Below, piece after piece: positions 26,501-40,678 of a stretch of 64,000 nt of DNA. Each line of letters begins with the position of its first letter. Position 1 is the first letter of the stretch. Source of the stretch: Balanoglossus misakiensis (taxonomy: Eukaryota; Animalia; Hemichordata); contig CM082576.2 in NCBI GenBank assembly GCA_040954595.2, forward strand, positions 2,020,760 through 2,084,759, given 5' to 3'. Below the pieces are notes generated by a model. It was given only the letters and a program-made list of their open reading frames with translations. It was not told where the DNA came from and did no database searches. The position numbers and the translations under genes were made by a program.

Positions 26501-29500
26501 GAAAATGTAATCAATTATCTCCTCAGCATGCTACGGTTTTAATTAATGTTATATTTAGACAAAACATTGAATTTTCACATTTTTTTTCAGATTTTTTTCT
26601 TTGCCATCTGTCCCTGTAAGATTAATATTCCATATGTCTGATTTGATGTATTTTCCATGTCTGCCAGTGTGTTTTCTTCCCACTTCAGACTGAATTCAAT
26701 CCAGCATCCTGCGACCTTTGTCTGATTGTCAGAGAGCGATTTACTCATTTTCACACTCCATGGGAAATGAATGAAACATTGGGAGCTGGCTAACAAACTC
26801 TAAAAAGTGTGCGCGCACAGTCGTTTTGTCATGTGCTGATTTTCGCCCGGTGCCAATTTGTGCGTGGAGTGGCAGTGGCGGCTCACCCTTTGATGTCATT
26901 GTTCAACCCCAGGTTGGGACATAAATTATAGAGTTCCCGTCTGAAAAGATGGTCCAAGACACAAAAGATGGGGAGAGCAAAGCATGTTAAACCAGAGTCA
27001 GTGTGTCATACACACAAGAATTTGAATAGCAGGTATTTTTGAAGTGATCATGGCCATCACTGTGTCTGGATGCTTGGAGTCTTTCGGGGTCGTTTTCATT
27101 CACGACAATCAACCCGAAATCGCGGCCTTTATTGAGACTGCCATTGTATGCAAAAGCGATGATCATATAATAGGCACTTGTATAGACAGTTGTGCAAATT
27201 AACTTGGGCTGAAGTTGTTTCTCGTGTAATCAAAGGTAATTCACATTCGGATCAGCAGTGTAAATTTCACTTGAAGTGAAAAACAATATCACTAAATAAC
27301 CAGAAAACATCAACGGTTTATTCTTTCTGTAAGTCTGCCCCCATCCCACCTTGAAGTCAGAATTTAAAAAAAAAGCAATGAAACTTGTAATTTACATGTC
27401 GGAAAAGTTTGTGAAGTAATACATGTTAATTTCTTCCACTTGTATGTTGCAGTTGTTTGAATTTTCTTAGAAGATAGGAAAAGAAAGAGATATTGTTGAG
27501 AAATACATGTATGTCTAATGATCATAAGTTTATGTGCATTGAAGATATGTCATCTTGATGTATTTTTTTGTTGAAAAACACTGGTAACAAGTTTCGTAGA
27601 ACTTTTTCTCCTGACACGAATCCAGTGTTTGCAACAAAAGAGTTTTGAACACAATGCCACTTTAAGGAGCTATTCAATCGGTCAAGTCTTGGGTTTGTCT
27701 TGAGTGTTTGCAGCCCTAAATACCATTGTTTCTGTGACTGTGAGGACACAATCTCAGCCTGAGGTCTCCACTTTGCGCTCCTTAATTTTGAATATTCAAA
27801 TGACGCATGACAATGGAAAGCCATTCTCTGTGTTGGGTCCCCACCGGCTGAATAAACCAACAGCGCTTGTCTGGTCCACACTGTTGATGGACGTGATACA
27901 TGTAGTGATGATGATAAATTGTGTGCAAAGGTGATTTTCGTGCAAAAGTTAAAACCGCACTGCACTGCTCACATCCATTAATTTCTACTCTGCCGGATCC
28001 CAGAAGTCAATATTACAGCAATGAAGTCTCTCTACCCCCATTACATAATGAGCTGTCACAGACATGTCACTGTCGACTTTTTAAAGAGAAGGGACTGACT
28101 CCAGTGTGAAGATTCAAAGAGCATTGTCACCTGATTCATCTCTAAATCCACCCCAGTATCCGTTCTCCGATTCGCAAACTGTATAACAAAGAAAACTTTA
28201 TTACGTAGACATAAATGAGCAAACATGACTGTACCTCATGTAGTAAGAAACACATCCACCCGGTAATTCTCTGAACGGTATTGAATTACTGGGTGCAGAA
28301 AAGGAAAGCCGCGTCTAGCGTGTTGCCCTTGCAGGTATAGCGGCATCTCCAGTATTACTCTTTCAGCTGTATTAAATAAGTGATCACTCCATCATACCAG
28401 ACACCCGGCGTTTTTGTGAATTTGTTATTCCGTTTGATGTTTTATGAATTCTGATCTCCCTTATAAAATATTTGATGTGTTCATTAGAAAAAAATTCTGA
28501 TATTGCTTATAGTTTGTGGGTTTTAAAAAAATGATTGTAGAAATTTTCTTTGATAAGATGTACAAATGATGGAAGCAATGTCAATTCATTTTGTATGTGT
28601 GTACAGTGTGGGAGATATTCCCTATTCTTGGAAGGTTATAGATGAATATTTCATGTGAGTCATTTTTTTTTGGATAGTAATATCATGTTAAAATGCTGCA
28701 GGGGTGTTGGCAAATTACTCCGGCTGTGTCCCCGGTGTGTGTCTCTCCTTTTATGGTACCTCAAAGTTTGGCAACCTGAATGGAGTAGGCGGGGCCAGAC
28801 ACAGCAACTTCATTGTGATAGCACAGGGCACAAATATGCTGTAATTGGCATCGCTCTTCACTTCCCAGATAGCCGGCATTCCGTGATGAACTCCTCTGAC
28901 CTTGCAAATTGAAGTGCAAATTTTTCCCCATGTAAATGCACTCGATCGAAGGTTGTGTGTGTGGAGTGGATCAGGCAGGGAGAATAAAACAGCCACTGAT
29001 TTTTAAGATAAAAAAATGATTTGAACTGGTATCCAGCGTTGTGGAGAGAATATAAAAAGCAAGTGCGGTAGGAGAGAGAGCTCCTTGGTAAATAGAGCGA
29101 GTCATTTTCTTCCCCTCATTGCAGTAATCCACCTTCAGTATCGCTTTCTCCCCTCGAGATTCGAAATATCATTAGAATTTGATATTTGAGATGTCCAAAA
29201 TTCAGCATCGGGCAGAAAGCAACACAACAATGAAAAATGTTGCAATGGATGATGTGGAGCGATATTGAAAATCAATACTTGGGAATAGTTGAAAACAGAC
29301 CGGTGTGTATGACTCACTTGATTAACACAGATGGCTCCAGCCAATTTCAACCTATAGGATTTCTATAATTACATTTAACGGAAGCCAAAATACAGAGAGA
29401 TTGATATACCCCTGCCGTTAATTACAAAAAGCTGTGGTCATAATAATATTCTCATTTTTTATCATGACTGCTATTTTTAATTGCAGCAACTTCAGAATTT

Positions 29501-32500
29501 TGTGAAATTGTCTTTACAAGAGAATATTAGTATTTTGGATATCATGCATGCTTGGGTATGTGTTTTTGCTGTCTGTATGTAGTGACCCTCGGGTCAGTGC
29601 ACGGTAGGCTGGCAGGATTAGATTTCTGAAATAAATAACTTGATAATCCTGTGAAATAAGTCTTGCAAGAAAAACAAAAATGTTTCCCCCCAAAGAAACT
29701 GGAGAAGGCACCGATCGGCTCTGAATAAAATTCTCAGCTGACAAGAAAGCAGCAGTTGTGCCATTTTCTTCACCAGGGAGATGATCAGAATGATAATGTT
29801 ATCAACGCTTTTCTTTCGAGGCAATACACTTCAATATAACTGCATAACCATGACAACTAGATGCCTATCATACCCCAAGATGCTTTCAACGCACCTCATT
29901 GTAGATGCAAAATTTTTGCTTGGATTGTAGAGAGAGAAGCTGTGTGTGTATGTGCTTTCATTCTCCACGTGACTAGTGACCCTGAAAGAGGTGTCTGACA
30001 CCACTACAATAAGAGGCCACAGAGCTGAAGACACTGGGGAATATTACAGTTTTTCTCCTTGTAAATTTACCAGAAGCTCAGATTTCAACCCTTTTCTTTA
30101 AAATGGGCAATTCATCTTCCCTGTGCTGTTGGAGGTCACTGTTTTTATCTGCTTTGAACAGGGTAGTTTTCTTTTACTATAATGAGCCATTTTTTGTCGC
30201 TCAGGTTTGAGGCGGCGTCCTCATTAGAATTTGGATACACCTCACAAGCTGCCAGGATTTATTTCCTGTAGAGGGCGCTGTTCACACACGAGAGCAGTGG
30301 AGCGTTCATTGAATTCCCCATGCCTGACAATTTCTTTTTTCTCCCTCCAGGGATAAGTGATGCTGGCAGAGTACAGCTGAAAGAACCAGAGACAGAAAAT
30401 GCTGTGATAGATGGAACAGATGTGACCCTGAGGTGTAAACTTGACGGAAATCCCGAACCGGCAGTGATCTGGTATAGGGATTCTACTCTGCTCCAGCCAT
30501 CGGAGCATCTGGACATTCGTTCAAATAAGCTGACAATACTGCAAGCAACAGAGGATGACAGTGGTGTTTATTCTTGTAAGGGAGAGAACAGGGCTGCACC
30601 GGATGGCATTTGGAGTACGGCCTCAAACTATACATTGAGGGTTGTCAGTAAGTTGTCAGTCATTAATAACCAGTCTAACCCTCCCCCTCCTCTATTTTCC
30701 ATGTATATGGTGATCATTCGAAATAGGTTTGAAATCAAGGACCAGTGATGAAATGGCAGATCAAGTAAAATTTACCATCATTCAATTTGGTGTGACCATG
30801 ACACGTACATGTCCAGGAGTGTATATAAAACAATAGGAAACAAACTGGATCATTTTTCTCTGTTTGATGAGAACTGTGAAGAAGGAGTAAGGGCAGAAAC
30901 AGAATTCCACGGAAAGAGTCTAATGTTGATCTTGATATTTCTAGATCCCAATGCACCAGCGTTCTCTGTCAAACCTGAGAGTGTTATTGCAACTAAGAAC
31001 TCCGAAGTATCACTACATTGTGTGGCTACTGGTGACCCAACACCTGAAATCAGTTGGTATCACAACAATGATGGACCAATTGGGAATAAGACAAGGTCAG
31101 TTTATTTTTCCTTTAGGCTTTATGTTGAAAGGAATTTTTGATGTCTGTGTCATTTATCTACCTGCATCAGTGGTTTTGCTAAGGTAGCAATTTGAATCCT
31201 TCAGTGTTGTCTTGAGGAAAAATATGGTATGAAAAATAATTATTCAGTCTGCATTTTTGTAAATCTTTGCTATTCTTAGGTTATTCATATATCCGAACGG
31301 GACATTAACTATCACACAAGTGCGATCCAAACATCAAGGAGACTACAGTTGTCTTGCTGCTAATTCTGTTGGACTGGTAACTGCTGAAGCAAGCATCTAT
31401 ATTTCATGTGAGTGGTATACCTTCCTCTCATGTAGGACTGGTTTAGAGATTATTAAAGGGGCATATGTGATGTAGAATCAACATTTTGTTTCCCAATAAA
31501 CAGATGGGTCTTTAAGCACTTCTTTCAAGGTAGTGGCTGGCATGTTGCAAATAAAACAGGGATTCATTCTCTCACAGAGAAATAAACTTTGAGTACTGAA
31601 AATAGGATGGCATTTTCATGAAGTTTGAAGATGAGTATATTTACTGCCCATGTAAGCTAATACTTCTCTTTTTGTACTTGCAGTCATAGACAGTCTTCCC
31701 TATTTAGGCAAGCATATTTTATTGGAAACTCAAAATGCCTCCATGGAGTGCAGCTATCCAGGCCAGAATGCTGGCGGCATACCCACCCCTGCATTTCAAT
31801 GGTTGAATCCACTCATGCAGCCTGTAGCATCAAGTGGTGACGTCTACAGCACTGGCAATACACTCTTCTTCAGGCGCATCCAAGTTTCACAGGGTGGTAA
31901 TTACACTTGCCAAGCATCCAACATGGCTGGTGAAGTCACAACTCTTGCCGAAATCATTGTAGCAAGTACGTTAGTCTATGTAGCTTTTTCTTTTGATTTA
32001 TTACATAAAAGCTTTGCTTCTCATATCTCAAGTTATTACTTAAGTATTTAAAAGTGAATCTAATTCTGAATCCAGTTTACTCCACTATTTGAAAGTGATT
32101 CTGATTCTGAATCCATTTGGAAAAAGAGACCCTGAATCTTTATTTAGTTTGTTCTAGTATGTAGAAATGAATCTGAACCGTATACACACTACGTACAGAA
32201 CTCATTGTTAACCATGCCTTCTCTACTTCTCTACAGCCAAGCCACAGATTACCGTGCCACCTGAAGAAACATTTGCCTTGGAATATGATTCAGTCCTCAT
32301 GCACTGCAAAGCAGATAGTAGTCCTGCTAATACCTACACGTGGAAACTGCTCGAACAAAAGGATATTTATGTAAGATTTTAATACTCTTGTTACAATACT
32401 GGACTTTTTTTTTCTTGTAGAAATCTGCAAATCACAGCCTGGCGTGTTGCAATAAAACCAGTGTCGTACCCACAACGCATTTTTGTCTTAAATTCGTGGC

Positions 32501-32899
32501 ATTTGAATCAAGCATTTTTCTTTGTTTCAAAACCCACATCCCTTTCAGAGTTATACTAACCAGAAGCAAAAGTTTCCCAGCCTATTCAGTCTTTTAAAAG
32601 AAATAGTTAAATATGTTCTCTTTATTTCCCCTCTGTTCTGTAACAGATGCGCAGTGACAGGTTCCATATATTTGCCAATGGCACACTACAGATCAGCAAG
32701 ATAGAAACGAAGGACGATGGGATTTTTCAGTGCACTGTTTCAAACATGGCCGGATTTGCAACAGCCTCGGCATATCTCCATGTGGAAGGTAATGTATGCA
32801 CCTATGAGCTGTGTGCCTGTGTAATTGCTAACATTTGGTGAGTGAGAGAGTGTGTGTGTGTGTGTGTGTGTGTGTGGTTTGTGTGTGTGTGTGTGTGTT

Positions 32900-32931
<32 letters not shown>

Positions 32932-35504
32932 TGCATGCAGTCTCACTGGGTTGTAAAAATGTGCTTACCAGATTCAAAAATGTGCACATGCTGATCAAAT
33001 GTAAAAGATCAAACATGTAACACTTCCTTTTTCTGTTGCCTACAGTGAGGTTGAAAATCACTTTTCCAGAAAAAACAGAGAGCCTGGAATTGGGAAGTCA
33101 AGATGAACTTGGATGCAGAGCCGAGGGGAAAGATCCGCCGGAAATATGGTGGGTCAAGCAGGGGCTACCACGCAATGTCTGGCCGAAGCATGTTAACGAG
33201 TCTGATGGAGTCCTTACCTTCCAAAATGTAACAGCAGCTGATGCCGGCAATTACACATGTTATGCCAAGAATTCACAAGGACTGATCAGCCAAAATGTGA
33301 ATGTGTCTGTGACCAGTAAGTACAATGTGATGTTACTTTCAAGAATCTGAATCTGATATGAAGAAGTTAGAACAAATAACTTCGTGAGATACTGTCATGT
33401 GAAGGAACATCTCTAAAACGTCTATCTGCCCATCCATGTATGGAAATTATTGTACGTTTTTGCTTATTTAATTGTATATACATACATACACATGCATGAG
33501 ATGAGTATATGATTCAATAGATATTTATTAGTACAGTCTTTGTGTACTATTTTGAATGTCATATTTTATATGTTTCAGTTGCACCATATTTCGTTTTGGA
33601 ACCCAAAGACACTGAAGCCTATGAGGGCTACTCAACCATGATTCATTGCCAAGCCACTGGAGTTCCGCACCCCTTGATCAGCTGGAACCCTGCCATCAAG
33701 AACAAATCACCCAGGTTTGAAATACTGGAGAATGGAACCTTGTATTTCAAGGAAGTGCGTGTCGAAGATGAAGGAAAATACGTGTGCATGGCTGGCAGCC
33801 CGGCTGGATTCTGCAGTAAAGATATCATTCTGCAAGTTATCAGTGAGTAGATGTAGCCACCTATTGTGTTTCTATACTGTGCCGTTTTGTTTTGCAATGT
33901 GATCCAGTGTGGGGCAACTGGAAGCCCTTTCAACATTCATTTAGAAGCAGCTAGCATGATTTCTTTGATTTAATGATTGATCTATCTCATTCTAGGAGGG
34001 CTACCACCTGAGGTGACAAACCAAGACGTTGAAAACAGCCCCTTGATGTTGAAGACAATCGGTATAGCTGTAGGCTGTGCTGCCGCATACATCATACTGG
34101 TGGTTGGCCTCATGCTCTACTGCAAGAACAGGAGGCGCAAACAACTGCGTGCAAACGCCCTTCGGGAGAGAAAGGAGAATGGCGAGGCCCCGAAAGAACC
34201 GTACAAAGATTTCAACGATATCAAGGAGGTGCCGGGTAACAAAGTAGAAAATGAGATGGCCATGAATCCAATGTACAGCAACAAGAGACGAGGCAGCTAC
34301 GATAAACTGCAGTTTCCACGACACGACCTGCAAACCATCACAATGTTGGGTAAGTTAGGGATGCTGTTTCACTGACAGTGATTTTATTTCTTTCACCCAT
34401 TATTCATACGCAGGGGGGGGGGGCAGGTGCAGGCTTGTAGGAGTTGTGTGTAAGGCCAACGTCTGTACCATAGATTTGAGTTGGCTGTTTTCAATCTCTG
34501 CCAAAGAGTCATTGGTAAATATCATCTTTGTTTGCAGGCCGTGGTGAATTTGGTGAAGTATTCCTGGCTAAGGCAATAGGTATCCGTGATGGGGAACAAG
34601 AAACTGTTGTGGTTGTCAAATCGTTGATGATCAAAGATGAAGATTTACAGGTGGACTTTAAACGGGAGATAGACATGTTGAGTAAGCTGCAACATGATAA
34701 CGTTGTGCGGCTGTTGGGAATCTGCAAGGAGGCTGACCCTCAGTATATGATATCAGAGTACCTTGAATGGGTAAGTCTCAAGAAAGAATGAGCATGTTGT
34801 ACTAATTTAGAACCAGCGCCATTTAGGTGAAATTTCTCTGTCTTAGCGGATTATCACATTTCCCTGTTATTTGAACCAGTTGTAAATACAGTTAATTATA
34901 ACACACCACTGATTCAATTTTGAACCCGCAGGGTGATTTGAAGCAATTCCTGAAGGCCACCCGGGGTGAGAATGGCAAGAATGCACCACCCCCTCTGCAC
35001 CTCAACCACAAGATCAGCATCATCAACCAGGTGGCACTAGGCATGGAACATCTGGCCAACCACCGATTCATCCACAAGGACCTGGCCAGCAGGAATTGTC
35101 TGGTCAGCCCTAACCTGGAGATCAAGATCAGCAACCTGGGCCTGACCAAGGATGTCTACCATGCTGAATACTACGAGTACCACCAGAGCCTGATCCCCAT
35201 CCGGTGGCTTCCCCCGGAGGCCATCTTTGAGAATGAGTACAGCACCAAGAGTGACGTGTGGGCCTATGGTGTCTTTGTGTGGGAAGTGTTCTCGCTCGGG
35301 GAGATGCCATTCTCTGAGTTGGCCGATGAGGAGGTGCTGAAAGGTTTGGTTTCCGGCGAGATCAGTCTAGCCCGCCCAGCCAACTGCCCCGAGGAGTTGG
35401 AAGTTCTCATGCACAGATGCTGGGAAGACAGTCCCAGAGACAGGTCATCTTTCGGTGACATTGCTGTAACTATAGGCGAACTCCAGGTAGATAGTGAAAT
35501 TTAA
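11561..35504 (+). CDS. PTK7: Inactive tyrosine-protein kinase 7 (PTK7/CCK4/off-track), ~1063 aa
   Basis: Exons 11561-11630, 14647-14940, 30351-30647, 30945-31095, 31280-31407, 31684-31965, 32237-32370, 32647-32788, 33046-33315, 33579-33842, 33996-34349, 34538-34770, 34932-35504 (3192 nt, in frame, GT-AG). Signal peptide, 7 Ig domains, TM TIGIAVGCAAAYIILVVGLMLYC, kinase fold with GRGEFG, VVVK, HKDLASRN, NLG in place of DFG, and SDVWAYG. Confidence 0.95.
13794..13821. repeat. Near-perfect 28-bp palindrome in PTK7 intron 1
   Basis: tgatagtgtattg-gt-caatacactatca (13-bp arms, 2-nt spacer). Confidence 0.85.
32849..32935. repeat. (GT)n/(GCGT)n compound microsatellite in PTK7 intron 8
   Basis: Directly visible. 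Confidence 0.95.
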
Positions 35505-37061
35505 GGAAGGGACAGATAAATGTGAGTTGACAGTGCCACGTTTATAGGACTGATGGACAGACTATCACTCGTAATCATGTACCTGATTGAAAAACAACAA
35601 CATACAAAATAGATCCAGCCATATGAACAATGTTTGTCACAAACTCAACTTTCTACGTACAGCCACATTTATCTGTGGCGGGTTGGAAAACCCAGTGATT
35701 TGATGTCGAAAATATATATAAATATATTTTGTGGCACTTTTTAAATTGCTATTCCAGTAGTTATAAGCACACACCCACACACACATGTCCTGTACAGTAT
35801 GACAGTATGTGTCCCAGTGAAGTTAATGTTCAGAATTTGACATGAAAGGACTTCATAAGTTAAAAAAAAGATAGAGAAAAAAAACTGACAGATTTCTTCT
35901 CCCGGTCAGGAGTGCCTGTTTGTGTCATTTTATCTAAAGATGAAATTGGTAGAATTTATACAAGTCTTTGTGTATGGGCAGTAATGTTTTTAGTGATACT
36001 GTCTGGTTAATGTACCTCTGTTGCTCTTGCCTGTCAACAGGTGTTTTGTTCATCTATATGCAAATTAATTAACTCAGTATTTTCTGAATTGCTGCGGGTC
36101 TTCAGGGGTTCAACTCGTATTTTGCAGAATTTTTTTTTATAAATGAACGGTTGCCAAGGAAATGTGAGAACACTCATAAATGTATTTTTAGTTTCATCTG
36201 GAATTATGGAAAAATACCTGTTTCAAGCTTTCTTGCCACGTTTTAGAGACTTTTACACACTACTTGGATCAGGTCAGTGTGAACTCCCCATTTTTGTGTC
36301 CCTCATCAATGCAACTACTTTCCTTCAATGAAGTTTCAGCGTGGGAAGGGGGGAATTTTGATCCCAGTGAAGTTTTACACTGCAGATAGATCTGTGTGAA
36401 ACTTGCTAGAAACAACCCCTAGGTAACTAAACACAGACTACCCAATACAGCTTTTGAGTAAAAAAATTCTAATGCAAGAATTTTATATATATAAAAAAAA
36501 AGAAACAGTATTGACCAGGAAAGAAGCCATGGTTTGTTACTAGCCATTTACGATTTTATATGCATTTATGAGGTTTTATAGTAACTGTGGCAGTGGTTTT
36601 CAAAAGAACTTTGTGAAAGGACAATTCTTTCAGGAGTTTTTAACTTTTTTGTAATTCTGTCTTAAGAATGAATTAATTTTACGACATTTGAAGCTTCTTT
36701 TTCCTGGAGTACAAATCCATATCTGTCCCATTACAACCCTATGTCTCAGGTCCCGCTGTCTGCCACAAAACTTAAACTTTCTCAAATATGTGATGGAATC
36801 ACACTTTTGCTCAAGTTCTTCAATTCTACGTCAGGCCAGTACAGAAAAATTGCTACTTTTAAAAAATAGTGGAGTTGTAAGTATGATCATGATTGCATAG
36901 AGACCAAAATCTGTTGTAGTCACATTAAAAAATCCTGGTTTTTGATTGGCCAAATTCTTTTTACTGATTGCATTCTTAATTTTTCAAATGGCTACATAGC
37001 ACAAAATAGTGCCACAGTTATGAGATATAGTGCCAATGAGATATTCGTTAATTTTGAGGAA

Positions 37062-37153
37062 GAATAAAAATAAACGAAACAGGTGTACCTTTTTCTTGTG
37101 GTGGTGTCCTTTTCAATAAAAACGTTTGTCTGAAGTAATCTGTTGTAAATAAA
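37062..37153 (+). terminator. Cluster of AATAAA polyadenylation signals, probable PTK7 3' end (~1.6 kb 3' UTR)
   Basis: AATAAA near 37062, 37069, 37114 and 37148, just before the convergent POLR1C 3' end. Confidence 0.5.
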
Positions 37154-37712
37154 GCGGTAAATAAGTGCACATTATGTATGGATATTAATCTTCTTGTCTG
37201 GCTGGGGTGACTAGTCAACAGTTGATCTAGCCTACTTACCTTATCACTGATAGTTCTACTTAGCTGAACCACCACACACATCTGTACTGACTCCTTTAGT
37301 TGGTTTGTCAATGTGTAAATAGAAATGTAGGTTCCGTGTCTGTCAGACAAGTTCATGTTTTTAGTGCATTATCCATCATCATTGTCATTATCATCATTCA
37401 TCACCACCACTGAACCCAGTAAGCTGGCTACAGTTGATCTTCAATACTACTGGTATTTTTTTCCTGTATTTCTTTCACTGTACTTGAACAAGTCATTAAC
37501 ATAACTACTCAAAACAAAAAATATCAATGTCAAGTCATTTTTTTGGTTTATTAAAGTGTACACATATTAAACCTAAGTGTGTGTGGTTTTTAGTCACATT
37601 CCCCGCTGGCTTGAGTGAATGCAGTTCTTGATGCGTCAACACTTTCATAAAAACTACAAAACCATAACTATTTAATTATGAGAAACTTTATTTCCATTAA
37701 AACTGACATGGC

Positions 37713-40313
37713 TCATGACCCTTCATCTGTGCTTTCGAGTTCAACAAGAAACTTCCGACATTTTCCCATGAGAACTTTGATAGCTTCTCCTACAAGAACA
37801 TCTGGCTTTAAACCCCCTGTTGATTCCACAGAAACTGCAAAGAAATGAAGATTATTGGTTCATTATTAATGTGTGCCTTGCCAAGAGTTGCAAAACTTCA
37901 CATATCACATTTAACACTTACCAACACAGTTCTACTACTCTGCAAAAAAAGTCCTGAGTAAATAAATAAGTGATTTAAAAACAAAGTGATAACAAACTAT
38001 GCCTCTAGGTGGCGCTGACGAGTATTATGATACACCTAAATAAAAAAAAGTTACTTACAAATGAAGTGGTTCCTGATTCTGCTAATTTTTACACTGTCTT
38101 TCAAGTCCTGAAAAAGTACAATATGATCAAGTTATCAAAGTAGAATCAACACCTTTCCTGATAATAGTGGTCAATTTCTCTGGAATCCTGGTCACATGTA
38201 CATAAGCATAGCAATCTCAGCTGATTTTTGAACATGTGCTTTGAATTTTTTTTTACCTCATGCCTGAAGACATCTCTGCTACAAGTATCTAATCTAGGAT
38301 TGCCAACCATTGCTTCTTTTTCACCTAAAAATTAAAATACACATTTTGATTTATTCCTTCAATTTTCAGTGAATGATATCCAGAACATGAGAAAAATACC
38401 GGTACATATTTTTTTAAGGGGTGAGAGATAGCTTACCATCCACTTCATGAAGTTCGATAACACCGGGTGAGAAGGACGTGGCCAGTCTTTCAGCTCTCTC
38501 GCCAGTTACTCTTTCTGTCAGTTTGATTTCTGGCAGTAGTCTGTATGAAGCTGTAGCTAAGCAACAGACATGTATGAATTATGTTAGTGTTTGTGTTAAT
38601 TCACTGCACACAGTATCCTTTTCACACTGAGTGCAGTGCAAACCTTACAGAGCTGAGAGTTATGATGTCCTCCAATAAATGGAGAACGATTACGTCACCA
38701 TGCTATGTAACCGCTGTTAGGTATCATCATGTTGGTCACTTTCTCCATTGACACAAATGTGACATTGCTTTTACTTACCAACAGGTGAAAATTTGGCATG
38801 ATCTTTACCAATTCCTTTGACACAATGCATTCTCAGATCCATCTCTTGACCAGGTCTTAGTTTTGCAATTAGTATGTCATCATTGACAGGACGAATATCT
38901 CCAGCTGAATACTGCAATGGTAATAAACCAAATGCTGTGATGGATGCAGTCCTCACAAAGCTTGAACAGTACAGCACATCAATCCTAATGTCTAGTATAC
39001 TTGGGTCTAATCAAAATAATGCAAAATTGCATAAACACATGCCTATAGTATGTCTACAAATTTGTTACAAGTTATGAAAACAACAACATCAAAATCACAG
39101 CAAATCAAACTACTTTCTCCAAAAGAGTTGAAGGATATTTACAATTTCAGCCTGGTTTCCTACTGGAATCCACTTCAAATGTTTTGTTGTAACTGGAATT
39201 AGAAAAGATACAAAATTACAAAATCACTCTTATAAGTCACAATAACATAATAACTTTATTATTACTGAACAGTTTATAAACCAATGGTGACAGTAATGTG
39301 CAGGTACATTAGATTACCTCTCCAGTTTCTGTAGAGTTCATCAGGATCTGTGGCATCTTTTGGTGCATGGGGGTCTTTGGTACACTTGACCTTCAACTGA
39401 AATTCTATTGTATCTTCTGCTGTACCTTCTTCATCACCTATGAGGTCAAGGATCAGAAATCCCTTGCAGGGTGTCAGAGGGAAAAAAATGCTTTTTTTTG
39501 CACGAACTGCTATGCTATGATATAAATATATTATTTCATTGATTTTCCTGTGATTACAAGATCTCACCTTCCTGCCTGTATTCAAAAAGTCTGGGATCTG
39601 CATAGATTGGTATCAATCCCAGACGGTGTGCCAAGACCTCATCTTGAATTATTGATGTGTTGTTGTAAATAAAAACTTTTTCTATAGCCATGGTTGGGAC
39701 CTGTAAAATAGCAAAAATCAAACACTGTAACCACCATAAATGACCTGTGAAATGAAAAAGAGCCTAGCTCTGACAAAAACTGCCGATATACACTTGCATG
39801 CACATGTTAAACTTGTTACCTCTGCTATCAAAATTCTTCTGAAAGCATTTGCGATGGCTGCATCGACACCAACCATATCAAACTCCATTTCATCATCAGA
39901 AAGTTTCAATACATCAATGTGGAATTGCTGCAGTGAAAATAAAGAAGAAGCGGTGGTTATACTTTGAAATAATAAATAATCTGTACATTTAAAGTGTGTT
40001 GATGTCACCCAATTTTGCTTAACCATTGCTCACTATATTGGGCAATGTTAGTTGTCAAACGCCCTCTATGACATACTGTACCTTTTCAAAGTTTGCTTGA
40101 CTCCACGTGTCATCGTATCCGTCGAAGGCCCCGGGAAAATCACTAGCATGAGTCTGTTGGAAGAAATATTCAAATTTGCGATAATCAGTTTGTAACAAGT
40201 CGAATTATGTTGTGAGTTTTCGAAATTAACAAATGAATACTTTGATTGCTTACATGATCTACACCAAATTCTTTGAGAGAGACATGGCTCCTCATTTCAC
40301 TGGGGGCGGACAT
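37713..40313 (-). CDS. POLR1C: DNA-directed RNA polymerases I and III subunit RPAC1 (AC40), ~344 aa
   Basis: Exons 40313-40254, 40153-40082, 39927-39820, 39700-39568, 39437-39318, 39192-39143, 38911-38779, 38556-38437, 38324-38257, 38107-38059, 37834-37713 (1035 nt). Motifs [77 protein letters not shown]. Confidence 0.96.
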
Positions 40314-40678
40314 TTTGAACAACAACATTGGAGGAAAGAGGGCACTACTTAACAACCATCAGCTAAAGTTGATACCATTTGAGGATAAGGGGTTACATGA
40401 CATTATCAAAGAGGGACTTTTTAATGTAATGTCACATTTCTCATTTAGGATCACGCTAAACGGCCACTTTAGTAGATTTTAAGTGGTTGTTTTTAAATAT
40501 TTGTTGATTTTATCAAAAAAATAATCCTCAAAGATTGTGATTTTGTCAGGCAGTGATTCTTGTTCCGCCCGATTTACACTTTAGAGTAGACCTATCTGAA
40601 ATCGCCATTTTCTTTGGGTACAACAAGGTCGACTGCATTGGAACTCAAAGCCGAAGAACAACTTAAATTTTAACCAGA
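40314..40678. promoter_or_regulatory. Bidirectional promoter region, POLR1C / AP2S1
   Basis: Two divergent start codons 365 bp apart. YY1-type CGCCATTTT at 40603-40611 and GC-box-like TCCGCCC near 40564. Confidence 0.7.

Noticed and set aside
27522-27965. 147-aa minus-strand ORF in PTK7 intron 2
   Set aside because: No recognisable domain, splice context or TE motif. Consistent with a chance ORF.
32740-33061. His/Thr- and Cys/Val-rich ORFs
   Set aside because: Translations of the GT microsatellite.
38613-38622. U12-type donor-like GTATCCTTTT
   Set aside because: It is antisense to POLR1C, inside an ordinary GT-AG intron, with no plus-strand exon to serve.
38557-38778. Intronic C/D snoRNA in POLR1C
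   Set aside because: A box C-like TGATGA is present on the sense strand, but there is no suitably placed CTGA box D or terminal stem.
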